A stretch of 40,687 bases of DNA from Myxococcota bacterium (GTDB lineage Bacteria > Myxococcota > XYA12-FULL-58-9 > JALHOP01), in contig JBGGMJ010000194.1 of NCBI GenBank assembly GCA_041288095.1, positions 1-40,687 on the forward strand, given 5' to 3'. The notes under the pieces were generated by a model. It was not told the origin of the DNA, ran no database searches, and was given only the letters and a program-made list of their open reading frames with translations. Positions 1 to 8,538 of the stretch are shown one piece after another (position 1 is the stretch's first letter; each line of letters begins with the position of its first letter). The translations under genes and the position numbers were made by a program.

Positions 1-967
1 CCTCCTGCACCTCGTTTGGCCTGCGCACCATCACCCGCCGCGAGAACCACAACCCAGGAATCATCGGCAGCCAGAAGCTCAACCCACGAAACAAGAGCGT
101 GGCCGCGAGCGCGACCGTCGTGGGGACGCCTACCATGCGCAGGGTCACTACGGACGCGGCTTCGAAGACGCCGACGCTGCCGGGAACGACGCCGATGGTG
201 CGCACCACGTTCGAGAGCATGAAGCTCGCGAAGACGCCGCTTGCCGACCCATGCTCGCCCAAGGCGCGAATCAGCACCCATAGGGTCGCCGCGTCGCAGG
301 CGACGAGCGCGAGCTGATAGAACATCGCTTCCAGGAACAGGCGTGGGCTGCGTGCGAGGCGTGGGTCGGCTTGCTCGATGAAATCGATGGCTGTCCGAAG
401 CAGGCGAATGCGTGTCGCGTACCGCGAGATGGCTTCGGCGCGCCCCCATGACAGCGCGAGCACTACGACGATCAGAGCAATCGCAAAGACGAAGAACACC
501 ACCGAAACGACGGTGATGATGTGGCTCGTATCTCGGCTTATCGCGGTAACGACGAGGGCCAGCGCAAGGCAAACGACGAAGGCCGCGTAATATGTGACGA
601 CCTCGACGACGATGCACGCGGCGACGACCGAGCGAGGGAGGCCCGCTTGTCTGAGACCGCTCGCGAGCACGACCGTCCCGCCCAAACCGGCGGACGGCAC
701 CGCCTGATCGACGAAGAGCTTCGCAAGGCTCAGGCGACACGCGGTGGCGAGCTCGAGCACGCAGTCGCCCGCGCGCGCGACGCGGTGAAAGACCTGGCCG
801 ACGGCGACGTAGGTGGCGACCTGCAACGCGATGGCGGCCGCGAGCCACGAGGGATGCGCATTCTCCGCGATGCGTGCGAGCTCTCGCGCTTCGGCGAAGT
901 GCAGCGCCGCGATGATGATCGCGGTGAGCATGGAGATGCCGAAAATCCACGGAAGGACTCGTGCCAC
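1..967 (-). CDS. Lysylphosphatidylglycerol-synthase TM / flippase-like multi-pass membrane domain, running off the left edge (possibly the N-terminus of a fusion to a Mg2+ P-type ATPase)
   Basis: Absent from the ORF track because no stop codon falls in the window. Manual minus-strand translation from GTG 967 (in-frame TAG just upstream): VARVLPWIFGISMLTAIIIAALHF...PSAGLGG...VVPGSVGVFEAASVVTLRMVGVPTTVALAATLLFRGLSFWLPMIPGLWFSRR. The PG.GVFE and ATLLFR..SFWLP motifs are typical of this family. Alternative ATG near 931. Confidence 0.75.
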   Translation of the reverse strand, partial: MARVLPWIFGISMLTAIIIAALHFAEARELARIAENAHPSWLAAAIALQVATYVAVGQVFHRVARAGDCVLELATACRLSLAKLFVDQAVPSAGLGGTVVLASGLRQAGLPRSVVAACIVVEVVTYYAAFVVCLALALVVTAISRDTSHIITVVSVVFFVFAIALIVVVLALSWGRAEAISRYATRIRLLRTAIDFIEQADPRLARSPRLFLEAMFYQLALVACDAATLWVLIRALGEHGSASGVFASFMLSNVVRTIGVVPGSVGVFEAASVVTLRMVGVPTTVALAATLLFRGLSFWLPMIPGLWFSRRVMVRRPNEVQE

Positions 968-1109
968 CCTGAGTAATAAGGTGACGATCCGCTACGCAGA
1001 CCAGCTCGATGCCTGAATTCAGCCTTGTTGCAGGCCTTTAGCGACTGCTGCTTGATCCTGCCAATTCGTCAGAAAGAGCGACGCACCAAGTTGGGTCTTT
1101 ATAGCTACG

Positions 1110-4100
1110 ATGGCCCACATGAGCACCAGCGGCGTTCGATCCGGTTCCTCAGCTCGGGTCCCCAATGTTCTCGAGGACACGATCGCATCTCCGGTGCAGC
1201 GTTCTCCCGGGCAGGAGCGGTCGCGCGACGAGCTCGACTACAACCGCGAGCAGCGTCGCAACTACGGGGCCGCCGGGGCTGCTCTGGTCCGCTTGCCGGA
1301 CGGCGACGACTCGGACCTCACGTTCGACATCCGCCGCATCATCACCGAAGCCCAGGAGGAGCGCCGGCAGGACGTCAAAGAGCGCGCGCTCACCGCCGCG
1401 GCGCAGCTGGAGGACATGCTCGCCCAGTACAACGCGGCGATGGAGCGCTTCCGCGAGTCGCAGCACATGGCGCAGATGGCGATGAGCGCCGAGGCGGGCA
1501 ACCACGAGACGTACGTGGACGACGCCGAGACCGCAGCCGCTGAGGCCGCCGAGCTCGCGGCCCAAATGGGCGCGCTCGCGGAGGACTGCGGCTCGTCGAC
1601 CGAGGCGGTCGCGCAGCTGGCGCAGATCGCCGCCGCTCAAGCGGCAGCCGCCGTGGCGCAGGCGGAAGCCTTGAGGGAGGCAGCGGACACTGCGTCTGCT
1701 GAAGCGGACGCCCCGGTGGACGGCGCACCGGTGCTCATCGACGAACCCCCGACAGACCCGGTCGAGCACGCGGCGTCGCTCGTGTTGCAGCTCACTTCGC
1801 CGAGCTTCGTACCGGACAACGTGCTCGCAGCGCAGCTCACCGCGAGCGCGCTCATGCAGATCATCGCGGCCTACGACGACACGACCGCGGCACAGCTCGA
1901 GCAGCCACTCGCCTATTGGACGCATATCGCCGAGCAGCATCTCACCGAGGGGACGTGGCTCGAAGAAGGCGCCCCAGGGACGACCGGGCAAGCAGGGCTC
2001 ACCGCGCCCGTCGCGCCGCAGACCAGTCCTTTCTGGTCGATCGGTGACCGCGAAGCCACCGGTCAAGACTTCGTCTACGAGTGGTTGCCGGCCGACGTTG
2101 CCGCCGCCGCGCAGGCGAGCACCGGCGGACACGTGCTGCTCGCGTCGAGCGATCAGATCACCACGGTGCAGGCACACCTCGACGAGCAATCCTTGGTCTT
2201 CATCGAGAAGCTCGTCACCGAGAACGTCAACGCCGGCGAAGGTGGCTCGACCACCGTTCAGGTGTTGCGCCAGGTCGCCGTGCCGACCTTCCAGGCGGCG
2301 GCCGAGCTTGGACTTTCCGGCGCCGAGCTCGCGGCATACGCCGAAGCGAACCGGGCGTACCTGCTTTCCGACGGCACCGCGGGCACGGCCGCCGCGTTCG
2401 AAGCAGCGGAGAGGCGCCCGCCGACCGAGGACGACCGCGCTTACATCGTCGCGGCCCCCACTCAGTACGGCGGCGAGGGCGGCAACGTTTCGACTCCCGC
2501 GAGCATCGGCAACCAGGCCACCTATCTCTGGCTCATCGGCTTGTCAGCGAGCACGCCGCGCGATCTCACCATCTCGTTCAACAACTCGTACTCGGGCGAC
2601 GGTGACGCATCTCTCGACACTTCGCACCGCACCTTCGATCTGACGCAGCCCAACTCCCGGCCATCGGGTGCCTACCACGCGATAGCCAACGATGAGCTCG
2701 CCGGCGCCTGGGTCCAAATAGGCGACAAGGGACCGATCGGCGACGACGTCGGCAAGATGCTCGAGGACATCTACGAAGAGCTCGGCGCCGACACGCCCGA
2801 GAAGCAAGAGGTCGTGCGGAGCATGCTGTTCCGCTACGACCCCAACTACGGCGTCCTCGCCAACCGCGAGCTCATCGCAGCCGCGGTGGAGATGAACAAC
2901 GGCCGCCGTCAGGGTTTCTTCGAAAACGGCATCGGGCGCGCCCTCATCCTGGCGGCGGCGACCTTCGTCGGCGGACCGATTCTCGCGGCCGGCGTGAGCG
3001 CAGCGTTCGCTTCAGCGGACGGGGGCTCGTTCGTGGACGTGCTGCGGGCAGGCGCCGCGGCCTATCTCGGTGGCCTGGTCGGCGCCAATGTCGGTAATTT
3101 CGTCACGTCTTCGCTTGCGACCTCCGGCCTGAACGCGACCGTGGTCGGCGGTCTCGCCGGCTTCAGTCAAGGCGTGACCAGCTCGTTCACGAGCCAGCTC
3201 ATCGCCACCGGCCGTATCGACGCCGACGCGCTGCTGACGGCTGGCATCGCCGGTGGTGTCGGTGGCGCGGTAACCACCGCGCTTAGTGGCACCGATTTGA
3301 TGGCCAACATCGACCAGACGCTCGGCCTCGCCCCAGGCACCGCGTCGCGTCTCATCGGCGGGCAAGCCGGGAGCCTCGCCGCAACCGGAGACCTCAACTT
3401 GGAAGGTGCGCTGCTGACGATTGGCGGCTCGCTCGACGGTGACTCGGTCGACGGCACCCATGGCAGCCTAATCCTCGAGGGCCCGCCGCCTGCCGACGCC
3501 GAGATTAGCGACTACGAAGCGCTCGGCTACACCTCCGCCGAGGCCGAAGTGCTGCGCTCGATGGGCTTCACTCCGGGGGCGCTGCCGGAGGTCCTAGCCC
3601 GTCCGCCGGAAGAGCTCGGTATCAGCCCGACTGACATCCGTATGAACGCCGTGAGCCAGGCGTACGCCACGCTCGCCGCCAACCCCAACCTCACCGTCGA
3701 GCTCAGTGACTCACCGGAAGGCGGACAGACCATCAACATCTGGACGCGCGAGGGCGCGCAGATGACCTACAGCTTCACGAACGGCGAGCTAAACGGAACA
3801 CAGGTCAACTTGGACCTCGTCGCTTCCGGCGTCGGCGCCAAGATGCAGCAGGTCAGCAGCGTCGCCGAGGAGCTGCGTGCCAATCCGGACCTGACTGTCA
3901 GCGTCACCAACGACTATCGCACCGGCGTCCAGCAGATCCTGATCACCAGCCCCGAAGAGCCGCCGGTCCAGTACAACTACGAAGACGGCGTCTTCGTTTC
4001 GGTCACCTATCCCGATCAGGCGCGCAACACGGCGTTCTACGTGAACGACACACTCCGCAATGGCGTACCATCCGACATCGCGAGCTACTGGGCTAATCGC

Positions 4101-4892
4101 GCCATCGCTGGAGAGTCACTCATCGCGAGCGGCATGCCCGACGACGTCGTGGCCATGGGTCAACTCTCCACGGTCAGCATTCACACCTCCGAGCCTGGCC
4201 AACCCGGTCGCGACCGCGCGTCGGGCGTGCTCGCCGTCGCCAACATCAACGGTGTCGATACCCCCGTGCTCATCACCGCCAACCACGTGGTGAACCCCAG
4301 CGAGAACACCATGCTCTGGGCGCGCGATTTCATGGGTCGCCTGGTCCAGATCCCAATGGATGGTCAGACCATCCTCTCGAATGGGGTCGTCGATCCCAAC
4401 GGCCGCGTGAACATGGGCGGGTCGGCAGCGAACGACGGTTACCTGGTCACTCTCTCGCCCGAGACCTTGAACGCCCTGCGCCCGGGGGTCTCGCTCGCGA
4501 ACCTACCGCGCGTCGGCCCGCCACCCATGAGCGGCACCCCAATCTACGAGTTCGGCTTCGCCGCGTGGGGCAACATCAACACAGCCGGCCAGTACGTGGG
4601 CTTGAATCTCGTGGGCGCGAACGGCACGGCCAATACCGCTGCGAACGGTATCATCACCACTGGCATGCCGGTGAGCACGACCAACCCGCCAGTCACCGGT
4701 GGCATGAGTGGCGGCCCGGTCTTCGTGAGGCTCCCCGACGGCAGCATTCAGGTGGTCGGGGTGGCCGCCACCGCGGGCAGGCACAACAGCTTGGGCGTCA
4801 TCAACAACATCGCCGGCACGAACTTCATCTCGCACACCACCTCGTTTGCTTCGCTCCACTGGCTGCTCAACCGCGGCGGCCCGAAGCCGTAA
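1110..4892 (+). CDS. Large (1260 aa) multidomain protein with a C-terminal trypsin-like serine protease and a central Gly/Ala-rich hydrophobic region
   Basis: Long ORF. ITANHVV (His codon 4284), ANDGYLV (Asp 4434) and GGMSGGPV (Ser 4707) form a chymotrypsin-clan triad. Hydrophobic helices at about 2931-3430. No Sec signal peptide. Start may be ATG 1119. Confidence 0.8.
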   Translation: MAHMSTSGVRSGSSARVPNVLEDTIASPVQRSPGQERSRDELDYNREQRRNYGAAGAALVRLPDGDDSDLTFDIRRIITEAQEERRQDVKERALTAAAQLEDMLAQYNAAMERFRESQHMAQMAMSAEAGNHETYVDDAETAAAEAAELAAQMGALAEDCGSSTEAVAQLAQIAAAQAAAAVAQAEALREAADTASAEADAPVDGAPVLIDEPPTDPVEHAASLVLQLTSPSFVPDNVLAAQLTASALMQIIAAYDDTTAAQLEQPLAYWTHIAEQHLTEGTWLEEGAPGTTGQAGLTAPVAPQTSPFWSIGDREATGQDFVYEWLPADVAAAAQASTGGHVLLASSDQITTVQAHLDEQSLVFIEKLVTENVNAGEGGSTTVQVLRQVAVPTFQAAAELGLSGAELAAYAEANRAYLLSDGTAGTAAAFEAAERRPPTEDDRAYIVAAPTQYGGEGGNVSTPASIGNQATYLWLIGLSASTPRDLTISFNNSYSGDGDASLDTSHRTFDLTQPNSRPSGAYHAIANDELAGAWVQIGDKGPIGDDVGKMLEDIYEELGADTPEKQEVVRSMLFRYDPNYGVLANRELIAAAVEMNNGRRQGFFENGIGRALILAAATFVGGPILAAGVSAAFASADGGSFVDVLRAGAAAYLGGLVGANVGNFVTSSLATSGLNATVVGGLAGFSQGVTSSFTSQLIATGRIDADALLTAGIAGGVGGAVTTALSGTDLMANIDQTLGLAPGTASRLIGGQAGSLAATGDLNLEGALLTIGGSLDGDSVDGTHGSLILEGPPPADAEISDYEALGYTSAEAEVLRSMGFTPGALPEVLARPPEELGISPTDIRMNAVSQAYATLAANPNLTVELSDSPEGGQTINIWTREGAQMTYSFTNGELNGTQVNLDLVASGVGAKMQQVSSVAEELRANPDLTVSVTNDYRTGVQQILITSPEEPPVQYNYEDGVFVSVTYPDQARNTAFYVNDTLRNGVPSDIASYWANRAIAGESLIASGMPDDVVAMGQLSTVSIHTSEPGQPGRDRASGVLAVANINGVDTPVLITANHVVNPSENTMLWARDFMGRLVQIPMDGQTILSNGVVDPNGRVNMGGSAANDGYLVTLSPETLNALRPGVSLANLPRVGPPPMSGTPIYEFGFAAWGNINTAGQYVGLNLVGANGTANTAANGIITTGMPVSTTNPPVTGGMSGGPVFVRLPDGSIQVVGVAATAGRHNSLGVINNIAGTNFISHTTSFASLHWLLNRGGPKP

Positions 4893-4896
4893 GAGG

Positions 4897-4918
4897 GGCG
4901 TGCAGGGTTCCCCACGCC
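4897..4918. terminator. Short hairpin between convergent genes
   Basis: GGCGTG (4897-4902) ... CACGCC (4913-4918), lying between stops at 4892 and 4923. Confidence 0.35.
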
Positions 4919-4922
4919 TAAT

Positions 4923-6605
4923 TCAACGCTGCGCTCCCGGAATACACGGGCACGACGAGCTCGGCTTCACGTCCGCATCTTTTCCGGCCACGCTCAGGCG
5001 CGTTTCCACGTCGTCCGCTTCGGCGGTCTTACGTTGCGCACGCAAGCTGCTCGCGAGCCCGCGCAAGGACCACACGTTCTCGGGGAGACGCGCTAGATCC
5101 TCGCGATACACTGCCTCGGCCTCACGGCTTCGGCCAGCATCGAGCAACGCGGCGCCCAGCGCATGCCGCGTCGGCTGGATCCAATCCGGCGGCTCGTCGT
5201 AGCGCAGGGCGTCTTCGCGTTTCACCGCGACGCGCAGCTCCGCGAAAGCGGCGTCACGTTTGCCCTCGCGATAGAGAATCTCGCCGGCGAGCAAGTGCTC
5301 GGCCACACCGAGGAGGTCGGCGGCGCCGTTGTTGCCGAAGGCCGCGTCGCTCGGCACCTTCGCTTTGGCGGCAAGGAACGCGGACTGCTCTGCTTTCGCC
5401 TCTTTCACCCGCCCCAACGCGGCGAGCGCGACGCCGCGACCGTACAAGCGCAAGGCTCGGGCGATCGGCGCGACCTCCGGAGGCTCGGGCTCCTTGAGCA
5501 CCTGCTCCCATTCGCCAAAGCGGAGCAGCACTTCGATGGGCATGCCGGTGTAACCGTCAACGAACACCGCGTTGTCGCGCTTCCAGTCTGGCGGCATGGT
5601 GTCGAGCATCGCGCGGATGCTGGAGAGGGCGAGTGCGCGCTGGCCCGACATCATCGCGGCGAACGCCAGCATGTGCCGATTGTGCGCCATGTAGACGCCA
5701 TAGAAACCGAGCTGTGAGCTCTGCTCTCGATAACGCGTGTCCGCTTCGATGGCCTTGTTGTTCGAGCTGATCGCGGCAGCCCAACGGCCGCGGCGCACGT
5801 CGATGTGCGTGGGCATGTGCAGCATGTGGCCGAGCCCCGGCGTCAGGTCGCGCAAGGCTTCCGCGGCGGCATCGGCCTTGGCCGGCTCCGGCGATGCTTC
5901 GATCGCGTGGATGTAGAGATGGTTTGCCAGCGGGTGACGCGGCGCCTTGGCCAACACGGCTTCTAACGTAGCGAGGACTTCGGCGGTGCCGGGCTGCGGC
6001 TTGCCGTCGCTCGTCCACTGGTCCCAGGGCCTCACATCCATGAGCGCCTCGGCGAAGAGGGCGCCAACGTCGGCGTCATCGGCGTGCACGCGCCACGCCT
6101 CGCGCATTGCGTCGGCGTAGGCTTGGTCGAGCGGCTTTCGGTCCGCGGGTTGCGGCATGGCGTAACGCTTGTCGGCGGCATTGATGAGCGCGCTCTCGCT
6201 AGGGCTCGCACCTGTCAACGCGGCTTTCGCCTTGTCGAGCGCCGCACGTGCCGCTGCCGCCTGCGGCTCGGGCACCATCGGAAAATTGATGTGCGGGCCA
6301 TTCGTCATGGCCACGCCCCAATGCGCTATCGCGAGGTGAGGATCGAGGTCGCTGGCCTTCTCGAACGACCGTCGCGCTTCGTCGTGGTTGAACGCGTAGA
6401 GAAACGCCAAGCCCTGATCGAAGTGGCGCTGCGCCTCCGCGGAGGTCGTGCTGACCTTGCGCGTGTGCGGCCCAAGCCCGGTGAACTGGGGAGCGGTGGG
6501 CGTCGCGGGCTCAGCGGTCGGCGGCACGGGCGGCGGTGTGGCGCGCTCACAGGCGGCTAAGGTTACGAGAAGAAGAAGCGCGGCGGAGTGGGCATGTTTG
6601 CGCAT
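4923..6605 (-). CDS. TPR-repeat lipoprotein
   Basis: Lipobox LAAC, then a Pro-rich linker. AQRHFDQGLAFLYAFNHDEA, HLYIHAIE, HMPTHID and YDEPPDW...RHALGAALL are characteristic of a widespread TPR protein family. Confidence 0.8.
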   Translation of the reverse strand: MRKHAHSAALLLLVTLAACERATPPPVPPTAEPATPTAPQFTGLGPHTRKVSTTSAEAQRHFDQGLAFLYAFNHDEARRSFEKASDLDPHLAIAHWGVAMTNGPHINFPMVPEPQAAAARAALDKAKAALTGASPSESALINAADKRYAMPQPADRKPLDQAYADAMREAWRVHADDADVGALFAEALMDVRPWDQWTSDGKPQPGTAEVLATLEAVLAKAPRHPLANHLYIHAIEASPEPAKADAAAEALRDLTPGLGHMLHMPTHIDVRRGRWAAAISSNNKAIEADTRYREQSSQLGFYGVYMAHNRHMLAFAAMMSGQRALALSSIRAMLDTMPPDWKRDNAVFVDGYTGMPIEVLLRFGEWEQVLKEPEPPEVAPIARALRLYGRGVALAALGRVKEAKAEQSAFLAAKAKVPSDAAFGNNGAADLLGVAEHLLAGEILYREGKRDAAFAELRVAVKREDALRYDEPPDWIQPTRHALGAALLDAGRSREAEAVYREDLARLPENVWSLRGLASSLRAQRKTAEADDVETRLSVAGKDADVKPSSSCPCIPGAQR

Positions 6606-6687
6606 GTCTTGGGCTCTTGTGGTTTTGCAGCGAAGCGGAGCCTATGCCCAATCGCCAGGCCTTCGCTACGCGTGACGAGCCCTCCCC

Positions 6688-7281
6688 ATGAAACACTTCG
6701 CCCCCGCCACCCAACGCAACCGCGACCCAATTCTCGAGGTCCTAAGGCGCGTGCTCCCCGCGCAAGGGCTCGTCCTCGAGCTCGCCAGCGGTTCTGGCGA
6801 GCACGTCGTACACTTCGCGTCGCACCTGCGAGGGCTCACGTGGCAACCAACTGACGTCGACCCTGTAGCTATCGCCAGCATCGAAGCATGGGTCCACGAA
6901 AGCGGACTGGAGAATATACAGCCCCCGATCCTGCTCGATGCCACCTCAGCGACCCCGCCAATCACAAAGGCGGACGCAGTCTTATGCATCAACATGATCC
7001 ACATCTCCCCCTTCGAGGCGTGTATCGGCCTGATGCGCTGCGCCGCCGCGATTCTCCCGAGCGGCGGAACTCTCGTGACTTACGGGCCCTACAAGATCGA
7101 TGGAGCCCATACCGCCCCGAGCAACGCCGCCTTCGACGCAAACCTCAAGGCTCGCGACCCACGATGGGGTGTGCGCGACGTAAGCGAGGTGTCGTCCGCC
7201 GCCGCGGAGCACGGTTTGACGCTCGTCGAACGCGTGGCGATGCCGGCAAACAACTTCACGCTCGTGTTTCGGCGCGCGTGA
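6688..7281 (+). CDS. DUF938 (METTL26-like) SAM-dependent methyltransferase
   Basis: APATQRNRDPILEVL, VLELASGSGEH, WQPTD, INMIHISP, YGPY, SNAAFD, WGVRD, MPANN. Confidence 0.9.
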   Translation: MKHFAPATQRNRDPILEVLRRVLPAQGLVLELASGSGEHVVHFASHLRGLTWQPTDVDPVAIASIEAWVHESGLENIQPPILLDATSATPPITKADAVLCINMIHISPFEACIGLMRCAAAILPSGGTLVTYGPYKIDGAHTAPSNAAFDANLKARDPRWGVRDVSEVSSAAAEHGLTLVERVAMPANNFTLVFRRA

Positions 7282-7343
7282 GCAGAATCTTTTTCCATGT
7301 AGGCGGGTGACGGTGTCTCTTCCCTGACCCCAGGGAGAACGCC

Positions 7344-8525
7344 ATGCGCCTGTTCGCGACGCTCTGTCTCCTTCTCGCTTCGTGTGGTGGCGGCGTCCGG
7401 ATGCCGGATCCCGAGGGCACCACAGCGAGTAATGACGCGGACGCGCCTGCCGATGTCGACGCGCCTGCCGACGTCGACCCGCCCGACGACCCCGTCGTGG
7501 ACCCGACTTGGGCCACCTTCACCAAAGTCCCCGCCGGTCGCTTCCGCGGACAGGTCTACGAGGGCGACTGGGGCATCGTCGGCGACCCGTGCGTCATCGA
7601 CGACGGCGCGATCTTTCGCATGTTCTACACCTGCCTCGGCCCCATCGGTGCCAGCATGTGTGAGTCGACTTCATCTGACGGCATCAACTGGACGCCCGTC
7701 GCCTCGCTCGTGCCCGCGCACGAAGGCCTCGTGCTCCCCGGCGTCGCGGGAGCGTGGGACGACCAGCTCGAGACCTGCTCGATCGTAAAACGCGGTGGCA
7801 CCTACGAGCTCTACTACTCGGGCTATCAAACGCCCGATGAGTCGGGCCAACGCGCGCCGGCCGCTCTCGGTCTCGCCACGAGCAGCGATGGGCTTGGCTT
7901 TGCTCGTGCCGGCACCGCGCCCGTCATGATGCCTACCGTGGGTGGCATCGACAGTGACGACATCTTCAGCGCCGACATCTTCGAGCACGCAGGCCTGCTG
8001 CACGCGGTCTACGCCGCCTGGTGTGTCCCTGGGTACAACGACGGCGGCGAGTGCGATCAGACTCCCGCGATCCAACTCGGTGGCGCCGTTCGTCAGGCCA
8101 ACGGCTCTTGGGTCAAGCATGACCAAGTCGTACTCGCGCCCGACGAGAATATCCCGATGATGCGCAACGGTGTTGCCGAGCCCGCCATGCTCGAGGGTCC
8201 GGACGGCCTCTTCTACCTGTTCTTCTCGGCCGCGCTGGGCGAAGACGAGCCGCGCGTCACCGCCGTCGCGGTTGGCGCTTCACCGTTCGGTCCTTGGGAC
8301 GTGAATCCGCAGCCCGTCATCACACCGGGCGGCGAGAGCTACGAGGCCTGCGGTACCTTCGCGCCCGAGGTGCTCCTCGACGGCGACACCGTGCGCGCTT
8401 GGTACATCACGCTCGACAACTGCCACGGCGATTGCCCGAGTTGTAACTTCGTCGCGTGCGGCTGCGACGGGGAGTTCTCCATTGGCTACGCCGAGGCGCC
8501 GTGGCCATTGTTTGTCGCCCGCTAA
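7344..8525 (+). CDS. Lipoprotein with a five-bladed beta-propeller glycoside-hydrolase-like domain (GH43/32/130-like)
   Basis: RBS GGAG. Lipobox LASC and an acidic DAPADV x2 linker. Repeated blades: GDPCVI..MFYT..SSDGINW, YELYYSG..LGLATSSDGL.F, AEPAML..FYLFFS..SPFGPW. Confidence 0.7.
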   Translation: MRLFATLCLLLASCGGGVRMPDPEGTTASNDADAPADVDAPADVDPPDDPVVDPTWATFTKVPAGRFRGQVYEGDWGIVGDPCVIDDGAIFRMFYTCLGPIGASMCESTSSDGINWTPVASLVPAHEGLVLPGVAGAWDDQLETCSIVKRGGTYELYYSGYQTPDESGQRAPAALGLATSSDGLGFARAGTAPVMMPTVGGIDSDDIFSADIFEHAGLLHAVYAAWCVPGYNDGGECDQTPAIQLGGAVRQANGSWVKHDQVVLAPDENIPMMRNGVAEPAMLEGPDGLFYLFFSAALGEDEPRVTAVAVGASPFGPWDVNPQPVITPGGESYEACGTFAPEVLLDGDTVRAWYITLDNCHGDCPSCNFVACGCDGEFSIGYAEAPWPLFVAR

Positions 8526-8538
8526 GACGGACGCGTGC

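Noticed and set aside
1087..1112. CAAG-N16-ACGATG upstream of the large protease gene as a sigma-28-like promoter
   Set aside because: It has two mismatches in the -10, one in the -35 and off spacing, so it is too weak to list as a feature.
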